Virus record (IMG/VR): IMGVR_UViG_3300024324_000416
Location: 1-64,000 of that record
DNA length: 64,000 nucleotides
From: a virus
Direction: 5' to 3' (one strand)
Under the pieces are notes generated by a model. It searched no databases. It saw only the letters and a list, made by a program, of their open reading frames with translations, and was not told where the DNA came from. This document shows positions 27,174 to 37,800 of this stretch, one piece after another (the first letter of the stretch is position 1; the number at the start of each line of letters is the position of its first letter). The translations under genes were made by a program, and so were the position numbers.

Positions 27174-28385
27174 ATGGAAAAGGCAAATTTCTCATTAGAC
27201 AATAATGCTGTACGGGTTTCTATGCCCATCGCCAAGGTAGATGAAGAAAGGCGAACTGTAAGCGGTTTTGCATCTCTTGATAATCTAGATCGACAAGGCG
27301 ATATTGTAACAAAGGAAGCATCAGTAAATGCTTTTCACAACTTTGCAGGCAATATCCGTGAACAGCATGACGCAAAGAAAGCGGTAGGCAAAATGGTAGA
27401 CTTCAAGGAAGATACCTATTTTGACTCAGATGCAAATAAAATGTACGCAGGAGTTTATGTATCTGCTTATATTTCAAAGGGTGCTCAAGACACTTGGGAA
27501 AAGATTCTTGACGGCACTCTCACAGGATTTTCTATTGCAGGTAGTATTGATGAAGAGGACACTATGTATGATGGTGACCTTGAAAAGAGCGTCCGTGTTA
27601 TCAAAGAGTTTACTCTAAGTGAGTTGTCTCTTGTGGATGTTCCAGCAAATCAGTTTGCTAACGTTCTATCTATTCAGAAGAACGGCGATGTAACGGGTAT
27701 GCTTGCTAAGGCACTAATCGAAAATGTGTACTATTGCGGTCACGATGATGTGGTTCAACTGTCATCTACCGTGAAGTCAGCCTGTCCTCGCTGTAGCGAA
27801 GCAATGGAAAACATCGGCTTTGTTGAGTCGAACGACCCCGACAAGGCACAGATGGTTAAGGGCATTCTAACCACAGTAAGGAAAAATAAGGAGGTAGAGA
27901 ATATGTCCGAAAATACAGAAGCCACTCCTGAAACCCCCGAGGCAGTAGAAGAAGCCGTTGGAGAAGTGAAGGCAGAAGTTGAAGAGGCCGTAGAGGAAGT
28001 CAAGGAAGTTGTAGAGGAAACAACAGAAGAGGCAACCGAAGAGCAGGCCGAAGAGATTGATACAGTAGAGATGAAAATCGAGGCATTGACTACAGCAGTA
28101 GCCGATATCTCAACACAGATTCTTGAAATCAAGGCTCTTGCTGATGCAGTTACAAAGGTTTATTCACAGGTATCTGAGGTCTCCAAGGCAGTCGCTACAC
28201 TTAATAGCGAGTTTGTCACCCTCAGGGCACAAGATCAAGAGTTTGGAAAGCGTGTTGACGCAGTAGAAAAAGATACTGCTTTCCGAAAGTCTGCTGATTT
28301 TGGAGAAATCATGCAGTCTCAGCCAGCAATGGTTGAGAAATCACTATGGGACGGTCGTTTCCTCAAGAAGTCCGACCTATTCTAA
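27174..28385 (+). CDS. Capsid maturation protease (HK97-type) fused to scaffold-like coiled coil
   Basis: DRQGDIV, IREQH, GFSIAG, ELSLVDVPAN; acidic helical C-terminus. Confidence 0.88.
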   Translation: MEKANFSLDNNAVRVSMPIAKVDEERRTVSGFASLDNLDRQGDIVTKEASVNAFHNFAGNIREQHDAKKAVGKMVDFKEDTYFDSDANKMYAGVYVSAYISKGAQDTWEKILDGTLTGFSIAGSIDEEDTMYDGDLEKSVRVIKEFTLSELSLVDVPANQFANVLSIQKNGDVTGMLAKALIENVYYCGHDDVVQLSSTVKSACPRCSEAMENIGFVESNDPDKAQMVKGILTTVRKNKEVENMSENTEATPETPEAVEEAVGEVKAEVEEAVEEVKEVVEETTEEATEEQAEEIDTVEMKIEALTTAVADISTQILEIKALADAVTKVYSQVSEVSKAVATLNSEFVTLRAQDQEFGKRVDAVEKDTAFRKSADFGEIMQSQPAMVEKSLWDGRFLKKSDLF

Positions 28386-28419
28386 ATTACAGAAAAAAAA
28401 TCAGGAGGTGAATAGAATT

Positions 28420-29760
28420 ATGTCAGACGAAATTACTACAGAAGAGTTTTCAGACGTTAGCCTAAAGAAGGCCGCTGGTGATCAGGTACAAGGTGCCGCA
28501 GATCGTCAGGGAGTCAACCCAGGTGTTAACCCAGTTCAGAACGCAACTGGTAACCCAGGCACCACTGAAAACGTTGGTAACCCAAACACACATCACGCAT
28601 CAGGATACATTGGTGTTGGTGGTGTTGGACAGCAGAACGATGGCGAGGCACTTAACTATGGAAACATGGGGCAAGCACTCAATCCTCAGGCAATGGGGGA
28701 AGCCAGTCCACTAGATATTAATCCATCTGGTCAGATTGGTGGTGGTGTCCTTAACCCAGATCAGGCTCGTCAGTTCATTGATTACGTTTGGGATGGAACC
28801 GTTCTTGCAAAGGACGGTCGACGCATCACAATGCGTGCAAACACCGTTGAACTAGAAAAGATCAACGTTGGTCAACGAGTTCTCCGTGCCGCAGCACAGG
28901 CTGATGGTTCATACGAGAACGCAGGGGCAACATTCACTAAGGTAGACCTTTCTACCAAGAAGTTGCGTCTTGACTGGGAGGTTTCAACTGAGGCACTTGA
29001 AGATAATATCGAAGGTGCAGCACTAGAAGATCACCTAGTACGTTTGATGACAGCAGCATTTGCTAATGACATTGAGGATCTAGCCATTAATGGTGACCTA
29101 GGTAAGACTACGGATCCATTCTTGGGTATCATGGACGGTTTCCATGTACAGGTGCAGAACAAGGCTCACGCAGCAGTTCCACCAGTATTCGCAACCGCCG
29201 CAGGTGCCGCAGGTGGCGCAGATACTCTAGATCAGAATGCACAGCCAGTAGGTGACTGGGATCGTTTCATCAATGAGGGTGGAGCACAAGATCCAGTTGC
29301 AGTTGCCGCAGGCGACCCAACATGGGACACCGAGGTCATGCAGGAGATCATCCTAGCAATGCCTCGTAAGTACCGTGCCATCAAGAGTGGTCTACGTTTC
29401 TACGCAGGTAGCGATACCTTTGCTAAGATCGTGGCTGCTAATGGCACAGGAACCAACACAGGACAATGGCCTGCTTCCTACGAGTATGCAAACGCATACC
29501 TCAATGGAAACGGCCAGGAATTCGGTGGGCCACAGGCTACCCGAGTTCTTGGTGTGCCCGTTCTTGAGGTACCTTACTTCCCAGAAGATTACGTTGAACT
29601 AACATTCCCACAGAACCGTATCTGGGGAATTCAGCGTGATATCACGGTCAACCGTGAGTACCAGAGCAAGAAGGACACAATTGAATACACAGTATTCATG
29701 CGGTTCGGTATTGCCTGGGAAGAGTTGGATGCAGTTGCATACACCGAGTACACAGCATAA
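28420..29760 (+). CDS. Major capsid protein (HK97 fold)
   Basis: Strong RBS AGGAGGTG; LNPDQARQFID, EALEDNIEG, DIEDLAINGD; followed by terminator. Confidence 0.88.
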   Translation: MSDEITTEEFSDVSLKKAAGDQVQGAADRQGVNPGVNPVQNATGNPGTTENVGNPNTHHASGYIGVGGVGQQNDGEALNYGNMGQALNPQAMGEASPLDINPSGQIGGGVLNPDQARQFIDYVWDGTVLAKDGRRITMRANTVELEKINVGQRVLRAAAQADGSYENAGATFTKVDLSTKKLRLDWEVSTEALEDNIEGAALEDHLVRLMTAAFANDIEDLAINGDLGKTTDPFLGIMDGFHVQVQNKAHAAVPPVFATAAGAAGGADTLDQNAQPVGDWDRFINEGGAQDPVAVAAGDPTWDTEVMQEIILAMPRKYRAIKSGLRFYAGSDTFAKIVAANGTGTNTGQWPASYEYANAYLNGNGQEFGGPQATRVLGVPVLEVPYFPEDYVELTFPQNRIWGIQRDITVNREYQSKKDTIEYTVFMRFGIAWEELDAVAYTEYTA

Positions 29761-29777
29761 TTCATATGCGCTATGTT

Positions 29778-29801
29778 GGGGGAGGGCTACGGCTCTCCCC
29801 C
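29778..29801 (+). terminator. Stem-loop after capsid gene
   Basis: GGGGGAGGGC-TACG-GCTCTCCCCC (cUACGg tetraloop). Confidence 0.75.
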
Positions 29802-29811
29802 TTCAAGCATT

Positions 29812-29822
29812 TGTGGTATAAT
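29812..29822 (+). promoter_or_regulatory. Extended -10 promoter
   Basis: TGTGGTATAAT; RBS AAGGAG before ATG 29851. Confidence 0.8.
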
Positions 29823-29850
29823 AGTGTCAATAGTAGTGAAGGAGACAACT

Positions 29851-30333
29851 ATGAATTTTAAAGATATGCCAATTCGGGAGTTGCGGGAATACGCAAAGAC
29901 CAACGGTATTAAGTTGCAGAGCGCAACGAAAAAGGCAGACATTGTTGCTATTCTAGAAGCAACAGAGGCACCATCAGAAGAGATCACTTTTGATGCCGAG
30001 CCTGAGACCCCTAGTGTCATAACAGCACCTACAGAGGATGCTCGTGCAGCACGAGAGCAAGAAGAAATTGATATCCGTCTAGATGAACTCGTCGTAAATG
30101 CTAACAAGCCAACCGCACAAGACGACAAGGTTTGTATTTACTCTGAGCGTCGTTACTCCTCTTCTAAGTTGGGTAAACTAGATCTAGGGTACAACATCGT
30201 AAAGAAAGATCTTGCAGTAATGTGGGTTCGACTTCCAGATGTTCGTGCAGCATCTAAGGATGAACTTGCTAGGGCACAGGCTTCTGGTATTAAGCCAGGG
30301 CAACTGGTAGGCCCAAAGGGACGTAGAATGTAA
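29851..30333 (+). CDS. Rho_N/HeH-like domain protein
   Basis: FKDMPIRELREYAKTNGIKLQSATKKADIVAIL. Confidence 0.6.
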   Translation: MNFKDMPIRELREYAKTNGIKLQSATKKADIVAILEATEAPSEEITFDAEPETPSVITAPTEDARAAREQEEIDIRLDELVVNANKPTAQDDKVCIYSERRYSSSKLGKLDLGYNIVKKDLAVMWVRLPDVRAASKDELARAQASGIKPGQLVGPKGRRM

Positions 30334-31313
30334 TGAAGGTATATCGTAATCCCCCCAAGCCCATAACTGTAACTATTCCAGACGGAAAGCCATTTACAGA
30401 ATATGATGTTGCTGTTGTAAACAACTTCACAACTTGGGGGGATGCGATTACCTCAGACGCTTCTGGGAATATTGTCTTTGATCTTCCAGACTATCCATTT
30501 AATATGTTTGATGAAACATACGATCTCTCCGTACAAGAGGTGGCGGCAGGTTACACATGGAATGACTCCAAAACAGACTTTGTAGAAGATTTAACAATTG
30601 TTCACCCCTACATAGACCCAAACAATCCAGACTTTGATCCACAAGGAGAAGAACTTATTCGGGCACTTATTGATGCCATTACTGGTGGATTCTATTACAC
30701 CCGTATGCCGTTTGAGGGACAGGGGCTAGGTATTGATTTCTTTGCCCTCCCAGGAATGAACGGTATGGATAATGAGCCATACGCACAAGGGGGATTGTCG
30801 GAGATCCTAGACGTATGGGAGAACAACATCCACGTTTACAAGAAGTATCCAAAAGAAGGAGAAGAGTGGACAAACTGGAGGTCTTACGAACTGACACAAG
30901 ACCGCACAGCCGCTACTACGGTGTGGGGAGAGCGTAGGTTTGAGGCAGGTCATGAGCCAAGGTACAAGCGTCCAAGGTCTGATTCATACAGAAACTATGA
31001 TCGTCATTCACCATTCTTTCCCAAAAACTTTTACTACAACTGGATACTAGGTGGAGGGTACAAGAATGTCCCCGACGACATTATTCTAGCAGCACTAATC
31101 CTTTTGCGGAACTGGATTGATACAGGACACATCGGCGGTAACGTAATGGATGACTACATCAAGGAATACTCCACAGACCAATTCAAGTTAGTGTATGGAG
31201 ATAGGAGCAAGGCGTTAGGTGGATTTGGTTCTACAGGTAGTGAGCCTGTTGATATGATCCTAAAGAAATACCTAAACAAGAAGCCACAACTCCGTCGTCT
31301 TGGGGTGTTGTAA
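30333..31313 (+). CDS. Head-to-tail adaptor
   Basis: Synteny; GYKNVPDDIILAA...YIKEYSTDQF...VDMILKKY. Confidence 0.65.
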   Translation: MKVYRNPPKPITVTIPDGKPFTEYDVAVVNNFTTWGDAITSDASGNIVFDLPDYPFNMFDETYDLSVQEVAAGYTWNDSKTDFVEDLTIVHPYIDPNNPDFDPQGEELIRALIDAITGGFYYTRMPFEGQGLGIDFFALPGMNGMDNEPYAQGGLSEILDVWENNIHVYKKYPKEGEEWTNWRSYELTQDRTAATTVWGERRFEAGHEPRYKRPRSDSYRNYDRHSPFFPKNFYYNWILGGGYKNVPDDIILAALILLRNWIDTGHIGGNVMDDYIKEYSTDQFKLVYGDRSKALGGFGSTGSEPVDMILKKYLNKKPQLRRLGVL

Positions 31314-31862
31314 ATGGGCGTGCAACTTCCAGCCTTCCTAGGTGGAATGCAATGCGATGTTTACTATTGTACATACACCTACTTAGATCAAGAGCCAGAG
31401 TCAATCCTTGTTCCATCAGGACAGTTTCAAGATGAGTTTGGCAACCCACTACCACAAGAAAACGTCGTGACTGGTGGTGCGGGGCAGAATGAATACGGTG
31501 AGGCAATAAAGGTCTGGTACATGGATAGGACGCAAAAGAAAGCCTACTGGAACGTCATGGGCACCGTAAATCTCCAAGACCTCTCAGCGGACAGAGAATT
31601 TGAATATAAGAAAAGGTTGAATGGTAGGTTTATGGGTGATGTAGATCCACGGGTAGATAGTACAGGAGAGTACCACCCATTCACAGATATGATTATTACA
31701 AACATCAAGGACACAGCAACAGGAAAGGAACTTCACCTAAACGAGGACGGTAGCCCTATCATCTTTGAGGTTATGAGTGTTGATCCTTTTATTAATCCTT
31801 GGAACGAGATTGAATATTACAAGATGCTATTAGAGCGTGCCGATGACCAGGGGATGCTATGA
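31314..31862 (+). CDS. Head closure/stopper protein
   Basis: Synteny; QNEYGEAIKVW. Confidence 0.55.
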   Translation: MGVQLPAFLGGMQCDVYYCTYTYLDQEPESILVPSGQFQDEFGNPLPQENVVTGGAGQNEYGEAIKVWYMDRTQKKAYWNVMGTVNLQDLSADREFEYKKRLNGRFMGDVDPRVDSTGEYHPFTDMIITNIKDTATGKELHLNEDGSPIIFEVMSVDPFINPWNEIEYYKMLLERADDQGML

Positions 31863-32521
31863 TAAGTGTAGATGCAACTGACTTCAATAAAGTAATAAAC
31901 AATGCTATCCAATACTCAAATGGATTTCTCAATGGTGTACAGTCCCAAGAGCAAATGATGTTGCGTCAAATAGCAGAGGTAACAAAGCAAGCATTCTACA
32001 AGTATGTTGATTCTTCTGCACGCTTAGATCCAGCATCTTTGCACCATGTATACGAATGGGGTCAGACTGGAAGCCCAGGTGCTCGTCTGTTTGATCTTGA
32101 CGCATTCATTGGTTCTGGTTTCATTAGGTTTGTATCCAAGTTTCTACCAAGTGAGTCAATCCCACCAACAGGAAATACCCCATTTTACGACAAAGCACGA
32201 ATCATGGAAGAGGGTATTGCTGTAACGATTGAGCCACAAGAGGGTAGTGTTCTTGCTTTTGAGGGGGAAGATGGAGAGATGGTTTTTACCCCCAATAGTG
32301 TAACAGTACAAAGTCCAGGCGGTCCAGAGACAGAGGGTGGATATGAGCAGGTGTTCCGTGAGTTCTTCAACAATTATCTAGACAGAGTTTTGGTACAGGA
32401 ATTGCTAAGAGACTTTTCAACAGCAGACGAGTTTTTTCGTGGATGGAGAAGGGGCATGTCTTATTCATCTGGTAAAAGGCAAGGCAAGAAGTATGCTACA
32501 ATTAAGGGAGGTATTGGATAA
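31859..32521 (+). CDS. Neck/tail completion protein
   Basis: Synteny; KARIMEEG...LAF. Confidence 0.5.
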   Translation: MISVDATDFNKVINNAIQYSNGFLNGVQSQEQMMLRQIAEVTKQAFYKYVDSSARLDPASLHHVYEWGQTGSPGARLFDLDAFIGSGFIRFVSKFLPSESIPPTGNTPFYDKARIMEEGIAVTIEPQEGSVLAFEGEDGEMVFTPNSVTVQSPGGPETEGGYEQVFREFFNNYLDRVLVQELLRDFSTADEFFRGWRRGMSYSSGKRQGKKYATIKGGIG

Positions 32522-33042
32522 TGGCATTAAAAGATATGGTTCCTATGGTTCCAGCGGTACCCGTTAATAGATACCTTTGGAGCAAAATAGCAGAACTAGA
32601 CCCAGACTTTGTTTTAGAATACAATGGCGTACAGCCATTCTTTCCCCTTGGCGAGAGTGCATCTGGCGGTACTCCTTGGGAAGAGTTGCCTACATTTGTA
32701 TATGACCGAATGATGGTTATCAATCCTAACCCATTCTACCCCATCAAGAAGGAGCAGATCCACTACGCTCTCAAAGCAAATCCATCAGACTCTATGGCCC
32801 TAGGTTCTGCCGTACAGTACATTCTTGACGGCATGGACGATGTAGCACAGGATATCAATGCTTACAATAAGGACAAGGACTACGGAATCTTCTTCCATCA
32901 CGTTCGGGTATTCCAAACCTCTACGCAGATCTCAAGTTCAGGGGCACAGAGGAACTACACCACAAGTCAGTATTATGTAAGTAAGTTCATCATTGAAACA
33001 GAATTTCATTACAATGAACGCAAAGCATTGCTTAACCGATAA
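32521..33042 (+). CDS. Putative tail terminator
   Basis: Position immediately before major tail gene. Confidence 0.5.
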   Translation: MALKDMVPMVPAVPVNRYLWSKIAELDPDFVLEYNGVQPFFPLGESASGGTPWEELPTFVYDRMMVINPNPFYPIKKEQIHYALKANPSDSMALGSAVQYILDGMDDVAQDINAYNKDKDYGIFFHHVRVFQTSTQISSSGAQRNYTTSQYYVSKFIIETEFHYNERKALLNR

Positions 33043-33045
33043 AAT

Positions 33046-33056
33046 TGTGGTATAAT
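33046..33056 (+). promoter_or_regulatory. Extended -10 promoter for major tail gene
   Basis: TGTGGTATAAT, with TTGCTT 17 bp upstream of TATAAT; RBS GAGGTG. Confidence 0.8.
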
Positions 33057-33127
33057 ATACAACGAGGAAACACCCCTAACCGTAGTGTATCTCCAATACA
33101 TTACACAATAAAAGAGGTGAAAAAATT

Positions 33128-33964
33128 ATGGCAGTAAATTCGTACAAGCGTGGTGACTCCAAGAACATCATCGTCGGTGCAGCAGCACTATTTGTTCATT
33201 CAAGTGGTCCGCTACCCGATCCCGCTACCGCTGACATGCCAGCCTTTGCAGATGAGTCCTACAAGGATACTCTGATGAGCACAGGTGGCGAGAAGTGGCG
33301 CAACGTTGGATACACCCAAAATGGTATGGAAATCACCATCACACCTGACTTCGGTGAGGTTGAGGTTGATCAGTTGCTAGACTCCGCTAAGATCTTCAAG
33401 CAGGGTATGGAGGTTATGCTTAACACAACCTTCGCAGAGGCTACTCTAGAGAACCTTCTCTACGCAATCGCCGCAAGCCCAGCCGATCTTAACTACGGTC
33501 TTACCGCAAGGGATGCCGACACAGGTCTACCTGATACTTACTCAGGTGTCCGTGACGACTCCCTTAACGATGGTCAGCATGATAGCACTGGTGTTGGTGC
33601 AGCAGGTATCTCAGCCTCAACAGAGGGTGAGGGTCTAGTTGCAGCAACCGCAGGTTACGTCTCAGGCGTTACTGACGGTCTAGACATGTTGGAAATCAAC
33701 GCTGGTAACCTTGGTGAGTGCCCAATTGAGCGTGCTCTTTGCGCCGTTGGACCAGGCACAGGTGACTGTGAGGTAGGTTCCGAGATTGAGCGTATCTACG
33801 TTGCATTCCGTGCACTTAGCATGGATGCAGTAACCGTCTCAGTTTCTCGTGACGCTGCATCAACATTCGATGCCAACTTCCGTTTGCTACCTGCAAACAA
33901 TGGTTCATACGGACGTATCATCGACCGCACCTACTCAATTTCAGGTGTACCAACAATTTCATAA
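33128..33964 (+). CDS. Major tail protein
   Basis: NIIVGAA, WRNVGYTQNG, EVEVDQ, TTFAEATLENL; precedes chaperone and TMP. Confidence 0.85.
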   Translation: MAVNSYKRGDSKNIIVGAAALFVHSSGPLPDPATADMPAFADESYKDTLMSTGGEKWRNVGYTQNGMEITITPDFGEVEVDQLLDSAKIFKQGMEVMLNTTFAEATLENLLYAIAASPADLNYGLTARDADTGLPDTYSGVRDDSLNDGQHDSTGVGAAGISASTEGEGLVAATAGYVSGVTDGLDMLEINAGNLGECPIERALCAVGPGTGDCEVGSEIERIYVAFRALSMDAVTVSVSRDAASTFDANFRLLPANNGSYGRIIDRTYSISGVPTIS

Positions 33965-33990
33965 TAAAACATACAACATAATAAACCGCA

Positions 33991-34017
33991 GCCCCCGTCC
34001 CTATTGGGCGGGGGTTT
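33991..34017 (+). terminator. Stem-loop terminator
   Basis: GCCCCCGTCC-CTATT-GGGCGGGGGT followed by TT. Confidence 0.7.
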
Positions 34018-34022
34018 CGGTG

Positions 34023-34033
34023 TGTGGTATAAT
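34023..34033 (+). promoter_or_regulatory. Extended -10 promoter
   Basis: TGTGGTATAAT; RBS TAAGGA before ATG 34077. Confidence 0.8.
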
Positions 34034-34076
34034 GGGGGTAGGCAAAAAAGCCTATACTACTACTTTAAGGAATAAA

Positions 34077-34409
34077 ATGGCTACAACAGTTTATGAAACA
34101 ACTGAGATTGAGTTGCTTGACGGCACCAAGATTTCTATGCGTCCACTCAAGATTTCACTACTTCGTGAGTTTATGAAGAAGTTTGGTGAGATCGCAGAGG
34201 TTGCAGATGATAACGACAAGAGCATGGATGTTCTACTTGATTGTGTCCAGATTGCTATGAAGCAATACTCTCCTGATCTCTCTGATGACCGTGAGCGTCT
34301 AGAAGATTCAATTGACCTACCCTCTGTCTACAAGGTTGTAGAAGCCGCATCAGGCATTAAGTTTGATGAAGTGGGAAACCCAGCGGCGGGACTACCTGGG
34401 ACGAACTAG
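34077..34409 (+). CDS. Tail assembly chaperone (gpG-like)
   Basis: Between major tail and TMP; slippery GGGAAAC near 3' end. Confidence 0.85.
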   Translation: MATTVYETTEIELLDGTKISMRPLKISLLREFMKKFGEIAEVADDNDKSMDVLLDCVQIAMKQYSPDLSDDRERLEDSIDLPSVYKVVEAASGIKFDEVGNPAAGLPGTN

Positions 34410-34810
34410 ATCTCGCTGAGTTAGAGTCGCAAGTTTTCCTATCAGGTATATGGAAAAACTTTGAAGAGTTAGAAGACAGCCTATGCATGGCTGAACTTAT
34501 TATGATATTGGAAAGTATGCGTGAGCAGGAGTACAATGATAAAAAGTTTGCGGCAGCCATGCAGGGAGTTGATCTAGATAAAGAGACAGGTAGAAGGCCG
34601 CAGCCAAAGAAAGCAGAACAAAAGAAAGCATCCACCTTTGAGGACATTCAGGCTCGTGTTTCATCGGGTGGTGCGGCTAAAGATGCTAATGACATTCTTT
34701 CTTTGCAGGGAAGGTACGGAGCACAAAAAGGTTTCCAAATGGGCAAAGATATGGGATATGCAAGGTTCACTCAAGGCGATGAAAATGCTCCCTCAAATCC
34801 CTTAGGATAA
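34077..34810 (+). CDS. Tail assembly chaperone, -1 frameshift product (gpGT-like)
   Basis: G GGA AAC at 34373-34379; the -1 frame is open from 34373 into the 34487-34810 ORF. Confidence 0.85.
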
Positions 34811-34818
34811 AAACTCTC

Positions 34819-34829
34819 TATGGTATAAT
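34819..34829 (+). promoter_or_regulatory. Extended -10 promoter for tape measure gene
   Basis: TATGGTATAAT. Confidence 0.75.
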
Positions 34830-34851
34830 GAACCATGGAGATGCCTGAATA

Positions 34852-37800
34852 ATGAGTGATACAGACGCTAATATCAGAATCAATATTGAGACTGCCAAAG
34901 CGCAGGCTCAACTCCGTGCGTTGCAGACTCAGGTAGCAACTCTACAGAAGACCATGGCGGGTACCTCCATGGCAAATATGGGGGTAGCAGGAGCAGGTTT
35001 AGCAGCCTCCATGCCCCAACTTAAAGGCTTTAATAATGAAATTGTTACAATGGCCTCCAACACAAAGTTGTTGGACAAATCACTTGCAGGGGCATCACGA
35101 GGTATCTCTGATTCATTTACCACGATGCGTCAGTCCATTACAAAAACTGGTACAGCCTATGATTTGGCGGTACAAAAAGCAAATCTCCTAAATAGGAAAT
35201 ACAAAGAGGTAGGCAGAAACCTTGATGGAATGTCTACAGTTGTCAGAAGTTCACCAATTAAGAGCATGGCGACGGATTCGCAAATTGCCACACAGCGTTT
35301 GTCTATCTTTAACAGGGCATTGCAGCAGGGATCTACCTCTATTCTCAACTGGGGTAAGAACATGCAATGGGCAGGCCGTCAGTTGATGGTTGGCTTTACC
35401 GTTCCTTTGACTATTGCCGCAGGTCTGGCAGCCAAAGCATTTATGGATCTTGAGCGTGAGGTTATTAACTTCAAGAGGGTCTATGGTGACTTTGATACTT
35501 CTATTAATGAAACCAACGCAATGGCAGATGCCGTACAAGAATTAGCAATTGAGATGACTCGCCTAGGCTTCACAGCAAAAGAAACCACAGGTCTAGCAGC
35601 AGACGCAGCCGCTACAGGTTTGGTAGGAGATGAACTACTTAACGTAACAAGGCAAGCAACCAATTTGGCTACCTTGGGTATGATTAGTCAGGATCAAGCC
35701 CTAAACACAATGATCTCTCTAAACTCTGCATTTAAGATTCAGGGTCAAGAACTAGAGGACACCGTAAACTTCCTCAACGCTGTTGAGAACCAAACTGTCT
35801 TAGCACTCTCTGACGTTACAGAGTCTATTCCTTTAGTTGCTCCTGTTATTCAGGGTCTTGGTGGCGACATTCAAGACCTAGCAGTTATGCTTACCGCTAT
35901 GCGTGAGGGCGGCATTGGAGCAAATGAGGCAGCCAACGCACTCAAAACATCTCTAGCACGGTTGATCACCCCAGCAAAGGCGGCACGGGATAGAGCAGGG
36001 GAACTAGGCATCAACCTAAATGCAATCGTAGAAGATAATGAGGGAGACCTCATGGGCATGATTAATTCTTTGGCTCAGGCCATGGAGGGTCTGTCTGATT
36101 TAGATACCCAGAAACTACTATCTGATCTATTTGGTAAGCGTCAGTTTGCTAGGATGGGTGCTCTCTTTACTAACATCGCTGATGACGCATCACAGGCACA
36201 ACGAGTTATTGAATTGACTACCACATCTACCGCAGAACTTGCAGCACTAGCAGACAGAGAGTTAGGTGAAATTGCAGGGTCTTCAACAATGAGATTCACC
36301 TCTGCACTAGAACAACTTAAAGTTGCTATTGCTCCAATTGGCGAGGCTGTATTAAAACTTATTACACCAGTTCTTGAGTTCGGTACAAAAGTTGCAAACT
36401 GGTTTAATGACCTTGGAGATAATGCAAAGAAAGCCCTAGGTTTTCTTACAGTAGGTATCGGTGTAGTTATCCCTGGTCTAGTTATGTTTATTGGTTTGAT
36501 GGGTAACTTGACAGGTATTCTGCTAAAAGGATTCCAAACCATACTGAACCTTGTTCCAGCACTTAGGAATTTGGGTGGAGGTGCTGAGTACCTATCCAAT
36601 GAACAACTAGAGGCAGCAAATGCAGCGGCACAATTGAATACACAAGAGTCAGTTCTCAATAGCACTTTAAGTGCACAAGCAACAATTGTAGGAAACCTAG
36701 TTGGTCAATACAATGCACTAGCAACTAGCATGAGAGGTGTACCTGGCGGGGCAGGCCCAGCAGGAAAGCCACCAGTAAAGATGGCTACAGGAGGTAACGT
36801 ACCAGGATCAGGCACGGGAGATAGGGTTCCTGCACTCTTGACTCCTGGTGAGTTTGTTGTAAAGAAGAGTCAGGCAGACAAGCACCGTGGATTCTTATCG
36901 GCACTTAATGGTGGATCAGTTAAAGGCTTTAATGAAGGGGGGTCAGTACAGGTTGGCGGTAGAACCGTTCCAGTAGGATTTGATATAGGAGCATTAGACA
37001 CTCGTGCATTGGAAAAAAAGATTGCAAAGGCGTTAGAGTGGGGAGTTTCGGAAGCAGACATAGAAAGAATTATTGCACAATCTGTTGAGCAGGGTGTCAC
37101 TCAGGGAATGAGCAGTAAAGAGGGCACCAAGCAAGTATCAGAGGGTATGGCAAAAGAGTTGGGGCGAGAAGGTCTTGGATCAAGACAAAAGTATAATAAA
37201 GATGGGGAACTTTGGACAGAAAAGTCTCACGTTATGGACCCCATCCGACTTAGCACAAAAGAAGTGGACGCTTACGCAGAATCTATTAGAGCAAGCGGTG
37301 ATCAGGCTACTAAGGCTGGTAAGGCACAACTGGAACTTATTGATGCAGTTGGAGCATCAAATGTTAAGGTTGAACAACTTGGAGACGCAGTATTAGATCT
37401 TCCATCGGCAGTAAACCAAAGTCTAAAGGGTGGGGGGCAAATGTCTGGTAAGGCAGCAAAGACAGCCTTGTTAGACCCAGACGTATTAGCAAATACTTTC
37501 AATACGCAAAAAGAGCAATGGGCAAACTACTCTACTGATATGAATTTGTCTCAACAGGAAATTGACTCTGGGTTTGCACAAATTGATGCTGCACAAGCAG
37601 AATATGAACAGCATATTCGCAATATTTCTGACGATGCAATTGTTGTTGAACAAGCAACTACTGACCTTGGTGAAAATACAGTCGCTCTAAATAAGGTATA
37701 TGAAAAATCAACACAGAATACAAAGGGTGCATTTAAAGAATTCCAAAATGAAATTAAGAAGGGGGGCAAAAACATAAGACTGTCCCTGACAGAAGAAGGA

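Noticed and set aside
28338-28361. LWDG(R/K) shared by the scaffold C-terminus and the three lysins as a common signal
   Set aside because: Only 4-5 residues match, and in the lysins it begins a larger conserved domain; probably coincidental
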